A DNA stretch of 64,000 nt, from contig NC_043011.1 of the NCBI RefSeq assembly GCF_006345805.1, positions 50,046,464 through 50,110,463 on the forward strand. The letters are read 5' to 3'. The position numbers and the translations under genes were made by a program. This document shows positions 39,723 through 53,386 of the stretch, piece after piece; within the stretch, counting starts at the first letter, position 1; every line of letters begins with the position of its first letter. The notes beneath the pieces were generated by a model, which was given only the letters and a program-made list of their open reading frames with translations, was not told the origin of the DNA and did not search any database. Source of the stretch: Octopus sinensis. Its lineage: Eukaryota.

Positions 39723-40017
39723 TCACGTGATCACGTGACTGACCAGTCTATCAGATGTTGCTACACATCGCTGGTCACAATGCGCTTCGCATTGTTTTAG
39801 CCTTCAAATGAGGCCACCCCGCTGGCTAAGCGAACAAGCCAACAGAAGAAAGAGTGAGAGAAAGTTGTGGCGTAAGAGTACAGCAGGGATCGCCACAACC
39901 CCCTGCCGGAGCCTTGTGGAATTTTAGGTGTTTTCGCTCAGTAAACACTCACAACGCTCGGTCTGGGAATCGAAACCGCGAGTCAGCTGCCCTATCCATT
40001 GGGCCATTACGCCTCCA
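39723..40017 (-). mobile_element. SINE family D, tail-2 type
   Basis: Same head/body as 47497-47795 but a different 3' part ending (TCACGTGA)2. Confidence 0.85.
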
Positions 40018-40802
40018 TATATATATATATATATATATATGAACTAGTGAATTTAGTTTACAGCCCCCCCCCAGTACTCCCTTTGCGGACCACCAAGGGT
40101 CCGTGGATCCCATCTTGGGAACCACTGACCTAAACCAATAATGCTATAATTGGTCATCTATTTAGATACCAATCTCACAGGTGAGGCTAGGGATCTATAA
40201 TAGGCTTCCGAGTAGACAGTTATATGTTAAATGTGAAGGAAACAAACCGAGGCGAGACGAGCATCTCCGGTCATTGCGAAAATTTAATTAGAGTGAGATG
40301 AGTTAAAAATGGAGAAGTAAAAGTAATGAATGTCTTACAACTGTTTCTCGGGTATCCCAGGTAATGGGTCAACGTTCCCATCCATTGGTTATTCCGTCAT
40401 CAGAGACAAGGTGTGTATGCAGGAAAGTTCCACACAGGGAATTCACAGTATATAGGGGAATGAAGATAAAAGAATGAAATTCGCATTTCATCTTGCTCAG
40501 AAGGCTATGGGGATTAGTCCGCACTTTCGAGAAGATAAAGCTCCTTAAGTATAATCCCAAGTAAATCCAGGCAGTATCTTGAATGATGCATCCAGATTGA
40601 AGAAATAGATTAAGCAGTTGGCGTGTAAGAAGAATGATCCGTATGAGTATATAATGTGAGAGAAACAGTTAGATAGACCAAGGCGGTATCATAGACAGAT
40701 AGACTAGAGAAAAAGGGGGTATTATGAGTGAGTGAAGAGAGAAGAAAAAAAGAAAGAGAGAATAGTAGAAATGAAGACAATATAACAAGTAAGTAATGAG
40801 AA

Positions 40803-40849
<47 letters not shown>

Positions 40850-40856
40850 TATATAC

Positions 40857-40916
<60 letters not shown>

Positions 40917-41329
40917 ATTATATATAATATATATATATATACATATCTATATATATGTATATATATATAATTATATATATATATATATATATGTCTATAT
41001 ATATATATATATATATATCTATGTATATATATTTATATATTATATATATATATATGTATGTATGTAGTATATGTATATGTATATAATAGCACGTACACAT
41101 TGGGTTGAAAACCTTTCTGAATACAAAAATTAAAGGTTTCCACACCTGATTTGAAACGTAACTTTTGCTATCCAAAATGTTTTTTTTTTTTTTAACCCAA
41201 TACTTGTTGCTTCGAGATACACTATTCCGAAATACAATTATTTTCAGTTCTCTCGAAAGCTTATAAAACCTATTTTGCCGCCAACTATATATATATGTAG
41301 TTTCACCTGTATGTGTTGGATTATAGATT

Positions 41330-41516
41330 TGGCACTGGGCCAGCAATTTCAGGGAAGACTTAAGCCACTTACATCGACTAGTATTTATTTTATCAACCCC
41401 AAGATGACGAAATGTAAAATCGACCTCGGTGGAATTTGAACTCAGACTGTAACGACGTGTAAAACGCTGCTAACCGTTTTGGCCGCCGCCGTTACGATTC
41501 AGCTGTCTCACCACCT
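41330..41516 (-). mobile_element. Decayed SINE family B (tail-2)
   Basis: GACCTCGGTGGAATTTGAACTCAG and partial core. Confidence 0.65.
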
Positions 41517-41521
41517 TATTC

Positions 41522-42003
41522 ACTCTTGATATCTTCTATCTTTAATCTTTCACCTGATTCAGTCATTAGTCTGCGGTCGTGCTGGGGCGCCGCCTTGAAT
41601 TTTTAGTCACATAAATTGACCCCAGTAGTTATTTTTCAAGGCTGGTACTTACGCTATCGGTCTCTTATGCCGAACCGCTACGTTACGGGGACGTAAACAC
41701 ACCAACGTAAGTTAAGTGGTGATGTTGCGACAAACACGGATACGCGTGCGCGCAGACACACAATATATATATACGACGGGCTTCTTTCAGTTTCCGTCTA
41801 CCAAATCCACTCACAAGGGTTTGGTCGGCCCGAGGCTATCTATAGTAGAAGACACTTACCCAAGGTGCCAGGCAGTGGGAGTGAACCCCAAACCATGTGG
41901 TTGGGAAGCAAGACTTTTACCATACTCCTGCGCCTATATACTCTTTTACTCTCTTACTTGTTTCAGTCATTTGACTGTGGCCATGCTGAAGCACCGCCTT
42001 TAG
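41522..42003 (-). mobile_element. SINE family A full copy (41522-41935) plus 3' fragment (41940-42003)
   Basis: Reverse complement of the 18833-19241 family. Confidence 0.85.
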
Positions 42004-42027
42004 TTAATTTCTATTGAAAGTGTTGAA

Positions 42028-42106
42028 TACAGAGTAAAGTTTCGTCATGTGACAGCACGGAAATGAAATCACGAAAGAAAGTAACTATTAATTCAGAAAA
42101 CATTAA

Positions 42107-42185
<79 letters not shown>

Positions 42186-42358
42186 ATACATATGTATATA
42201 TATATATATATATATTAATATATATATATATATATATATCGTATAATGTTTATATATACATGTATATATGTATTATATATATAATATATATATATTATAT
42301 ATCTATATAATATATATATATATAGTATATATATATACATATATATATACATATGTAT

Positions 42359-42399
<41 letters not shown>

Positions 42400-42474
42400 A
42401 TGTTTTCTGAATTAATAGTTACTTTCTTTCGTGATTTCTTTCCGTGCTGTCACATGACGAAACTTTACTCTGTA
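42028..42474. repeat. ~85-bp inverted repeats enclosing a ~280-bp TA-rich microsatellite
   Basis: 42028-42112 is the near-perfect reverse complement of 42391-42474. Confidence 0.88.
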
Positions 42475-42589
42475 ATGAAATGAAACAGTTCTAGTCCTGT
42501 AGAAGCTCCTTCTATAAATAAATTAATTTTACTCTGCTATGTATTGAGTACCTTATTTACTGTGGTTAACCCCGAATCAACCCGGGACC

Positions 42590-42644
<55 letters not shown>

Positions 42645-43080
42645 TATCGGTTCATTAATACCTGGCAATTCCTTTCTATTCTTGTTCATTAGATATTTCT
42701 GTTACCTAGTTTACCATATATAGAATATATCTGATGTTGATATCTATATTGCTAAAGTAGTGTGTTTATATTTTTGCAAATCATTATATACATTCTTAAT
42801 TGAATGTTTATTTTGATAAACATCCTTTCCTATCTTACTAATTAATTTATGATCTGATGCAGTAATTAACCTAGATAACATTAGAAATTAGAAAGTCAGT
42901 CATCTATTCTCGTTGAAATGCCTAAAAGAATTCTTACAAATCACAAGACAACCACAAACTACTTACGTTAATTCATTATAGATAAATGCATTCTTAAGAT
43001 TTTATCGTTTGAATAGCAGATTATTGGCTGGGTAGAACATTGTGGTTGTCACAAATCTCATACGATTGTCATTCACTTTT

Positions 43081-43377
43081 ATCTTTTTTTCCTTTTATAA
43101 TTGTTTCAGTCATTTGACTGCGGCCATGCTGTAGCACCGCCTTTAGTCGAGCAAATCGACTCCCAGGACTTATTCATTGTAAGGCCTAATACTTATTCTA
43201 TCGATCTCTTTGCCGAACCGCTAAGTTACGGGGACGTGAACACACCAGCATCGGGGTTGTCAAGCGATGTTGGGGGGTGGGATGGGCAAACACATACACA
43301 TACATACTACATACATACATACATACATACATACATACATGCATGCATACATGCATACATACATACATGCATACACA

Positions 43378-43431
<54 letters not shown>

Positions 43432-43595
43432 CGACGGGCTTCTTTCAGTTTCCGTCTACCAAATCCACTCACAAGGTTTTGGTCGGCCCGAGGCTATAGT
43501 AGAAAACAATTGCCTAAGGTGCCACGCAGTGGGAATGAACCCGGAACCATGTGGTTGGTAAACAAGATACTTACCACACACCCATTCCTGCGCCT
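43081..43595 (-). mobile_element. SINE family A with expanded internal microsatellite
   Basis: Head, CORE-like motif and tail on the minus strand. Internal (CATA/CA)n at ~43290-43430. Confidence 0.88.
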
Positions 43596-43724
43596 ACATA
43601 TACATATATACTTGCATACATGAATGCTTACATACATACATGTATACATACATACATGTATACATTCATGCATACATAAATACATGCATACATACATACA
43701 TACATACATACATACATACATACA

Positions 43725-43760
<36 letters not shown>

Positions 43761-44199
43761 TGCATACATACATACTTACATATTCATACCAAAAATATTT
43801 GCAGCACTAGATGTTGTTTAGTAAATGCTTAAAGGAGTATCTAGATAAACTGGAATTCTCAGAAAGAGAGATCAACCGGCTGATTCGTAAATTACAAGTC
43901 CAACGTCTGAGTGGAACAGTAAAAATATGCAGGACATTTCTCCAGTTCCAGTGTGAATTTGTGCTAATTACATCTCAAAGACTGAGCCTTGTATCTTTAT
44001 TGGAAACCGGCTCATTCTGTATCGGCAAGAAATGTTGAAATAAACTCAATAATGACATCCATCCATGCATCCATCCATCCATCCATGCATCCATCCATGC
44101 ATCCATCCATGCATCCATCCATCCATCCATCCATCCATCCATCCATCCATCCATCCATCCATCCATCCATCCATCTATTTATACATACATACATACAGT

Positions 44200-44645
44200 A
44201 GATAAGCGTCGGTCTCAGGAGACCATGTGTCTGCGCCCCAAGAGGACACCAGATCAAGCGACTTAATATCCCTCTTACAGACCTCCTTCAAACGACTCAC
44301 GCCTTATGTACGGCAATCTTGGTGTTTGCAGCTAATTTTTGTTTTCCCAGATTCTCTTTGTGATCCTGGCACATGTGTAGGATGTCTGTCCGATTAACCT
44401 GTTGATCTCAGGGTCCAAGAAAGGTCATCAACGATGGTAGAGCCAAGGTAGGTGACTTCATGGACTACCACTTGCTTGTATTTATTGAGGGTGATAGTGG
44501 TGGTAGTGTGGGTGCTTGGCACTTTGGCCCAGTGCTTCGGTTTTCTTCACATTGAGAGTCTGAATTCCTGACAAGCTTTTGAAAGTGTGTCCACAGGGTA
44601 CTGCATTTACTCTTCAGAGAGCCCTGTTAGTGCTGTGTAGCCCGC
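44200..44645 (-). mobile_element. RTE-clade LINE fragment (late RT and C-terminus, internally deleted)
   Basis: Minus-strand VVHEVTYLGSTIVDDLSLDPEINRLIGQTSYTCARITKRIWENK, typical of RTE/BovB-like ORFs. Confidence 0.75.
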
Positions 44646-46628
44646 ATACATACATACATACATACATACATACATACATACATACATACATACATACATA
44701 CATACATACATGCATTCATATGTAATACATACATGCATTCATATGTAATACATATATACATACATACATACATACATACATACATACATACATACATACA
44801 TACGTACATACATATGTATATGTGTATGTACATTTACGTACATATACACAAATCTCAAAATGAAATAGACAGAATTTCAAAGATTTATTTCGACAAAGAA
44901 AATGATGTCATTTTTAAACATTTGATTCTTAATCTAGTATGGAAAAGATATACCTGCCGTTTTTAACTGCTTAACCAGTTTGGACATCTTCCTAATGGGT
45001 AGTGGTCGCACGAATAAAAAGGTATAATGAGATATATCGTTTTATTTTCGAGACGATTGTATATATGTGTATATGTGCATGTGTGAGTATACAAGTACAT
45101 GAATTAGTTTGTGTGAGATGTACAGGGACTGTATAATCTGATTTAGTTCAGTAGGCTTACCGTGCACATCGCGAGGTGAAAGAGGAAAATAAATGGCTTT
45201 ACAAGGTGTTCGCTTCTTAAATTATTCTACAGTTGCTGAATGGTGGGTGATGTTGAATCTTTCTGCGAGATAGAAATAATAAGCTTTTGTACTGTTCTTA
45301 AATGTTTCGCTTGCATAACACTGTGCATTTAATGCTTTGTTTACTACTTTGTTCCCTATTGTTCCTTCTATTTCCATATATAGTTTTAAAGGGCTGTGAA
45401 GTATTTAGCTTTTTAGCTGATTGTATAGAAGTGGAGTAGAAGGTTTGTGCAGGCAACTTTTGAGGGAGAATTCTATAAGCTCTATATATTTGGAGGATGT
45501 GTTGTTGGCAAAGGCATCCGTGATACATTGCTTTTCTCTGGGAACCTGATTCTCAGGTGAGGGAGGGGGAAAATCTCTGTTTCAAGAATTGCATGTAGCC
45601 TCTGTTCGCTCTACGTTTGATTACATTTGTTTCAGCATTATCCTTCTTGAAACAACAGACATATTATTGTGACGGCTGTCGTTAAACCAGCTGCTGTGTT
45701 TCTGGAAGAGCTTGTGGAATCTATGGTCGTTCGAGAAATATTTTCTACTTAGAAATCAGAAATGTTTGCAAAAACGAGATTTCGTATCGCTGCGGTAATG
45801 TGGACTACACAATATAATAATATTTCTTTTCTGCAATTTTAACATTCTTGGACGGTGTTGTAGAGCATCTTATTCTTCCTGGCATCAAGTACGTGAGAGT
45901 GTCTCACTGTAGCGATCATCATTGTTCTTAATACGGTTCTATCAGAGAATAATGCTTAAATCCTTTTCCTGACGCCTTGCGCAGTTACATTCCTGATGTT
46001 CGGTAGCTCGTTGGATTATGTATGGAAACCGAAAATCAGTTTAAGTAAAACCGACAGTGAGATTATTGTTGCCAGGTTCTCGTGCGTAATCCTTGTTTCA
46101 TGTGAAATTTCATAGATACGATTCTATACGATTCCGAAAAGTTGTATGGAACACATATTCTTACACTATCACATACACAAGCATAATGTATGTAATTTAT
46201 ATATATACATGTGTGTTTGTGTGTCTTTATAGTTATATAAACACACGCACACAGGCATACACGCACACACGCCTTCATGTGTGCATGCATATATCGTGAT
46301 AATTCATATGAATAAACTGTATGTTAAGTGGCACTATACACACCTAATGTGAAGTTGTATGTGTATATATGCATGCATACACACTTCCGTACACAGATAT
46401 ATATATACGTACATACATGCTTGCATATATATATATATATGTTTACGTGTATATAAACTTACATATATGTATATATATATATATCTATATATATAGATAT
46501 ATAGATATATACATAAATATATTTGTGCGTACTCAGATACAAACCTATCACACACACACACACATAGAAACACACACACACACACACCATACACACACAC
46601 ACACACAACACACACACACAACAACACA

Positions 46629-46684
<56 letters not shown>

Positions 46685-47496
46685 ATATATATATATATGT
46701 ATATATACACACCCACACACACAAGTAATATAATTCCGACCAAGTCAGGTCAGATATCAATCTACTGAAACTCCTCAGAAAATTTCTCATACAAACATCG
46801 TTAAATATTTCTGGTTTTTGTGTTTTCTTCGTTTCTTTCCGAGTCTACCATTCTAACGCTAAATAATTAGATCAACTTAATGGTTCATCAGTTTCGTACC
46901 AATATCAATTTCATATAATATATCGATTCCAGTGCCATTCCGTGCCGAATATCCGAACATTTTCACCATAACAATAATAACATCGCCCATTTCATTTACT
47001 TCTCCAATTTTCTTACACTAAAATAGCCATTGTTATTGTTTGTACCATAAACATTTTTCTTGTTATTCTGTAATTCTATTATTCCAGTTAAGTGGGCGGC
47101 ATTGCAAATTAGATTGGGCTTACAAGTTGACAGTGAAATATGGTGAATCTACCGATCAGGAGATTTTGTCTTCGCTCGCCGAATTCCTAAAGACATTATT
47201 ACTACTAGATTCGTGTAATTATTATCATTTCATTTATTTATTTATCTATATTATTACTGATGTAATTGAGACGATATTAGAGATGGAAACATGATGATAC
47301 TCGATGATAAATGTTTCGGCTTATGTCTTGCAGGTTTAAATAGAGAATAGTTCAATAGTGTACAGTTGAACAGTCACGTTCGAGCTATTATTTTATTTTG
47401 ATGTGTACCACATCTTCTGTAATTGGTTTGGAAGTCTATGTTATGCAGAGAAGAAATACACGGAGTTCAATCTAAGTTTGACAGTTTGTATCAAAA

Positions 47497-47795
47497 AACA
47501 TCGCCCTTTTCAAGCCTAGCCAGGATCATGGGACCGGTTTCTGTGGCGAATGTCCCCCCCCACAGCTGGACGGGACGCCAATCCATCACAGCGTTACTCA
47601 AGAAACAGGAAGAGAGAATGAGAGAAAGTTGTGGCAAAAGAGTACAACAGGAGCCGCCACCAGCCCTGCCGGTACCTCGTGGAGCATTTAGATGTTTTCG
47701 CTCAATAAATACACACAACGCCCGGTCGGGGAATCGAAACCGCGATCCTCCGACCCCGAGTCTACTGCCCTAACCACTGGGCCATTTTGCCTCCA
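47497..47795 (-). mobile_element. tRNA-derived SINE family D, full length, tail-1
   Basis: Head TGGAGGCAAAATGGCCCAGTGGTTAGGGCAG, B box GGTTTCGATTCCC. Confidence 0.88.
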
Positions 47796-48303
47796 GTTTT
47801 TATCAAAGGTGGGAGGGGGGGGATAATATCTCATCCAATGAAGCATTAAAAAAAAATCAAAATATGTGAAATAAAGTATGGCTGGGGAGATAAGAACTTG
47901 CTCAAGGTAGCCACCCCTTGCTACCACGTTGGTCTCCATACGGTTCTGCAAACTAGCGCATACCTCCCTTATTGTGTTCTTGGGATCTTAGTATCCTGCT
48001 CAGCATTGGAGTTGCAGGCAAAGTGGGTGGTTTTCTTTCTTCATGTCACCCTATGCATAATTATCCATGTGATTACAATGGAGTGAATCAGGAAGTCACA
48101 AGTTGCTGGTGAAATCGTAAGAGGTTTCTGACAACCACTTCTGAATTCGGCCAGAGTCATCTCAAGCAACCGAATCCTGCTGCCCCACATATAGCCTTCC
48201 AGCAGCAGTATTTGCTTAATTATCTAAAATAATATACAGTAAATCAATCGTAAATTATTTTATCTGATAATTAACATACATTTAATCATAGTGTACTAAC
48301 ATA

Positions 48304-48687
48304 GGCGCAGGAGTGGCTGTGTGTTAATTAGCTTGCTTACCAGCCACATGGTTCCGGGTTCATTCCTACAGTGTGGCACCTCGGGCCGACCAAAGCCTTG
48401 TGAGTGGATTTAGTAGACGGAAACGGAAAGAATCCCGTCGTATATATGTATATATATGGATGTGTGTATATGTTTGTGTGGCTGTGTTTGTCCACCCCTA
48501 ACATCGCTTGACAACCGATGGTGGTGTGTTTACGTCCCTGTTATCTTAGCGGTTCGGCAAAAGCGACCGATAGAATAAGTACTAGTCTTCCAAGGAATAA
48601 GTCCTGTGGTTGATTTGCCCGACTAAAGGCGGTGCTCCAGCATGGTCGCAGTTAAATGACTGAAACAAGTAAAAAGAGAATAAAAGA
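48304..48687 (+). mobile_element. SINE family A with a deletion in the CORE-like motif
   Basis: Colinear with 18833-19241 but lacks TTGGGCAAGTGTCTTCTACTATAGCC. Confidence 0.88.
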
Positions 48688-48854
48688 AAATAATAATAAA
48701 ATTAAAATCAAACAAATATAATATTAATATTAATTTCAATTATTAATATAATGAAAACAACATTATATTTACTAAAAAAAAAGTCCATCAGTTAACAAGT
48801 ATCGATTAAATACACAAGTATGTAATCTACATATCTATACTTAATATCTTAGAA

Positions 48855-49278
48855 TTATATACAACAGTCTCCAGCAGATTCATATAGTCATTTGAATTGA
48901 AATTAAGCCGTTTGTCCTGCTGTTGTTGGACGAATTTTCGGCGTGGGAATGCAATCAGAATGCCCTTCGTGTCATTCCAGCTCGCTACATCATCGTAGTC
49001 TCCGTTTCAGCTGTACTTGTCACATCTTGCAGGTTTTAAAGTGTCCTCAGAACATTGAGCTGTAGTCATGATGTCAGCATTTTGATAACTGGTGCAAATC
49101 AGCATGACATCTCTTTTCCAATGTTCAGATGGTATCCAGGCCTTCATGTAAGCAAAATTTTTCTCAAACACAACTTTAAGCTTTATACTTTGGAACATCC
49201 TAACTATTCATCAAAACATCAAAGCTGCACTTGATAGAAGGAGACAAATAATCGTCAAATCTATGCGAACACCCTGTA
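48855..49278. mobile_element. Possible Tc1/mariner-superfamily relic
   Basis: Terminus GCGAACACCCTG-TA (reverse TA-CAGGGTG) at 49278. Minus-strand FNSNDYMNLLETVV resembles the INSxxYxxxLETVV DDE segment. Orientation evidence is inconsistent. Confidence 0.33.
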
Positions 49279-49661
49279 GATTGCTTCTTGGCCCCTTCAA
49301 CCTTGACGCCTTGACCCAACCGAAAATCCAGGATCTGGCTGCTGGAAAGAGAGGGAGAGAAGGAGAGATGGATAGAGAGAAAGAGAGAGAGAGGGAAAGA
49401 GACCTCTGAATCCTAGCATTAGACTGGTATTTGCTTTTATTTGACTAGTGAGGGACTGCATGAAGTGAAATGCGTTATTCAAGGATAGCGCGCTGCGCCA
49501 TTCAGGACTCGAACTCACAAACACACCCTCTTTTGTCAGACACTTTAATAGCTGGAACAAACGTCTTCGGTTTATAGTTTTAATCAGTCTTTGGCAAAAA
49601 ATTTCTTCCATGCTTTTCATATAGAGTGTTCGGTTATATATGCAATGTGTGTGTGTGCGTA

Positions 49662-49726
<65 letters not shown>

Positions 49727-51549
49727 AATAGAGAAAGAAAGTGAGAGACAGAGAGAAATAGACAGAAAGAAAGGGACTAAATCCTAAATGGCTGTTGATC
49801 TCGGCAGTATTTTAACACTTGAATTCAGATCTCAAAATACATGGAAGCAAGTACTGCAAATAAATCTCCCTGACTTCCTCACAATTCCATCATTTGATCG
49901 TCTCAGTTGAGAGGTTAGGGAATCATGAGTTAGTTTTATTTCGTTGAGCTTCATGGGGTTCTGCTATGAAATGTGATCGGTTCTGGAACCCAGAGCGCGT
50001 CAGAGTCGGTTCAGGATGTAAATAATGTTGTCAGTCCTGAGCTGTGATTCATCAGTTGAGCACTGCTTGATTTGATCGGCGTAACGTCGGTTAAAATGTC
50101 TCACAGTACTGAGTTAGGATTGACTATAAGCATCTATGTGTATGTTTATAAACACGAAACATCAATCGTAGACTCAGATACATTTTCCCAATTTAACAAT
50201 AGAAAACTTTTTAATATGATTTATTTGGATCGTCTAACATCGTGATGCAAGGTTTTCTGACGTTCACCCCCTAGACATTTTACAATATTTCAACAAATAC
50301 TTTTATTTATGGCGATATAAACGTTAAGATATAAGATGTAACACAAGCAAAACTATTGATTAGCTTAATTTAGTTTAACGTCGTTTAGTCTTATATCTTA
50401 TAGTTAGACATACCAAACAACGAAACGGTTTTCTGTTAGAGATGTACTTTACATTTAGCCAACAGAAATCACGACCAAATAAACTGTCAGACAGTCAGTA
50501 ATTCATATAAAGTGATGGAAACGTATTATTTATTTTATTCTCAAGATATTTGTTGACGGATGATATTCGACAGCATATTTGTGTCGGTTGTATTGCTGCA
50601 TAAATAAACACCAAAGGCTGCGTTCAGAAACGTAACGCCCGATCATCTGCCATGAAATAACTCACACGTAGATTCAGAACTTGGCCAAAAACTACGCTGT
50701 TTCCTCTTTATCTTTTCTGTCGCCGCCATGCGAATCTGTGCGTCCAGTCCTCTGCTTGCGAAGGAATTTTGCTATCATATCTGAGACAGTGCTTCTGCTG
50801 TTGCTGCTGCTATTGTTGCTGGCGCTGCCGCTGTACATGGTGACATTCTTGACCACTCCAGAGTAGTGATACCTGACCGACTGTTTATTAACTCACTCAT
50901 AGATATACCTCAGCCTCTGAAGAACATCATACTGTTTTTTCTCTCTGCTTTTGAAATGACTATGGTAATGACCCCTGCTCTTTGGCGCTTGCTGGACTTA
51001 TGTCACCCCCACAAAGACAATATTGTTCTACGAATGTCTTCTTTCATCACCCTTGTATGCAAACTCTACACTCCACAATAAGCACTGCTTATACTCATTT
51101 CTGAAAATGTTGGACTCTTGGAATTTACTAGGGTACATAACTTGTGAGAACTTCTCTTGAATATTGTGTAAAATTGATCAGCTTCTGTACGACCAACGTC
51201 ACACCGCATAAGATAATGTCTTTAGTGCAAAGGCAGTAGGTTCTTTAAACACAGATATATACATAAATTATTAGGGCATCTTCAGAGAAAAGCATGTCAT
51301 CCTCAAACAGACCATATTTTGATAAATCTCCCACGTAATATGTCAGATGGCAGAACTCAAAGTGCAGATATCGGAAATGGCTATCCGATAGTAATAAGGA
51401 TAATTTAGTTAAAGCTGAAGTTTAAAGGAAATAAATGAAGGTTTACCAGCTTAGGCACGGGAAAGTTGAAAGATGATGGAATGAAAGATACATTTGTAGT
51501 TGAATCTATTTGTAATTGAAATCTATTTGTTGTGTTTGAAGCTCAACAT

Positions 51550-52230
51550 GATATAGAAATCAATGATAGATGGAAGAACATACCGGAAGTAAGCCGGATT
51601 ATAGACAATGGTGTTCTGTTGAGAGGAATTATGGAAAGAAGGAAATGGATTCCGGATGAAACATAGGAAATTATTGAACTACGAAAGGAACAAAGACAGA
51701 TTGTTGAAGGCTTGAGAAATAGAGATAATGCGATGGAAGTTAAAATGGAAATAGTTAAATACTGTAGTGTGAAACACAGATGTGAAACGTCTTTAAAGAA
51801 GACATAAAAAGGAGACAAAAAATTATCTAACGAAGCAGACAAATTACTCAATGAAGGAGGCTGTACAGGAGATAGAAAATTTTACGAACTAATAAATTAG
51901 TTTACTGATAACGAGTGTAAGATGGCTAATTGCGTTTAGCATTGATGGGAAACTAATAAAATCCGATATGAACAACCAAGACAGATGGACGGAACAATTT
52001 AATGAACAAGTTGCTTCATAGAACAAAATGCTGTGATAATTCTTGAGTTTACAAATGGAATTGGAAGTAGGTGTCGATGAAACAAACTGTTGAAAAATAG
52101 TAAATGATATTGAGCAATTTAAAGAAATGCTGACGATTATCGTGCATTAAACGAAATTGATGGACAAATACGTAAAACAGCTAAGTATATAGAACTGCAA
52201 GACTATTATTGAAGCTGTTTCATAGTATAT
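51550..52230 (+). mobile_element. Decayed RTE-like LINE, EN-RT linker region
   Basis: INDRWKNI...RKWIPDET*EIIELRKE...DGKLI...QDRWTEQF...KLFHSIW pattern, with stops. Confidence 0.55.
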
Positions 52231-52490
52231 GGATGACTTAGCAACTATTTGACAATAGGTGGGTTGTTGGAGACCTTTGGAACTAAGTGTTCAGAAGCTA
52301 GACGATCCGGGCACTAGGAAACATCAGGTACTAAGTGAATAATAATTCAGGTTTCAGGGACTAGGATTAGAAAAACTGGAGAACTCAAGATGTTCTTGAG
52401 ATATCTTGTCCACGGACAAAGAAACAAACAAACACGACAGAAAGCAATACCCCCGCCTTCGCTAAGGCGGAGGTAATAATAATAGTAATA

Positions 52491-52703
52491 ATTCTTTCTA
52501 TTATAGACACAAGGCCTGGAATTTGTTGGGAGAAGGTAAGTCAATCACATCAAGTCTAGTACTTGACTGTACTTAATTTATGGGCACCGAAAAGATGAAA
52601 GGCAAAGTTGACCTCGGCGGAATTTGGACTCGGAACGTAAAGACGGGCAAAATACCGCTAAGCATTTTGTCCGGCGTGCTAACTTTCCTGCCAGTTCTCT
52701 GAC
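52491..52703 (-). mobile_element. SINE family B, tail-2, flanked by TAA repeats
   Basis: Tail TTCTTTCTATTATAGACACAAGGCC plus core and head. Confidence 0.82.
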
Positions 52704-52737
<34 letters not shown>

Positions 52738-52754
52738 TGATGATGATGATGATG

Positions 52755-52804
<50 letters not shown>

Positions 52805-52849
52805 TAATAATAATAATAATAATAATTAATAATAATAATAATAATAATA

Positions 52850-52906
<57 letters not shown>

Positions 52907-52911
<5 letters not shown>

Positions 52912-53223
52912 GAAGAGTGCCATATTTGTCATGTGAAATTGGTTGAAAGATATTTCGGCATCTAGCATCCCTTCCACAGCTTCAAAAATTACATGTCTGT
53001 CTACTTTATTTTTTGTTAAGACTATATAGGACCGAGGTAACTCATCCAGATGTCTTAACAGAAAATGTTTTTACAAAAACTGAAGTAGACTGACATGTAA
53101 TTTTTGAACATGTGGAAGGCACGCTAGATGCCGAAATATCGTGCAACCAATTTCACATGATATGGCACTCTTCTATTTATTTGTGTATAACTTCTGGATG
53201 AGTTACCCCTGTCCTATATAGTC

Positions 53224-53227
<4 letters not shown>
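52907..53227. repeat. Interleaved double inverted repeat (A-B-A'-B') inside a (TAA)n field
   Basis: A 52907-53006 / A' 53083-53178; B 53016-53050 / B' 53193-53227. Confidence 0.85.
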
Positions 53228-53288
<61 letters not shown>

Positions 53289-53306
53289 GATAAAAATAAA
53301 AACAAA

Positions 53307-53375
<69 letters not shown>

Positions 53376-53386
53376 AATAATAATAA

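Larger units (their letters stand above)
39456..40127. mobile_element. hAT-type non-autonomous element carrying nested insertions
   Basis: TIRs CAGTGGTTCCC (39456) and GGGAACCACTG (ending 40127). 8-bp TSD AGCTAAAC / ACCTAAAC (7/8 match). Confidence 0.75.
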
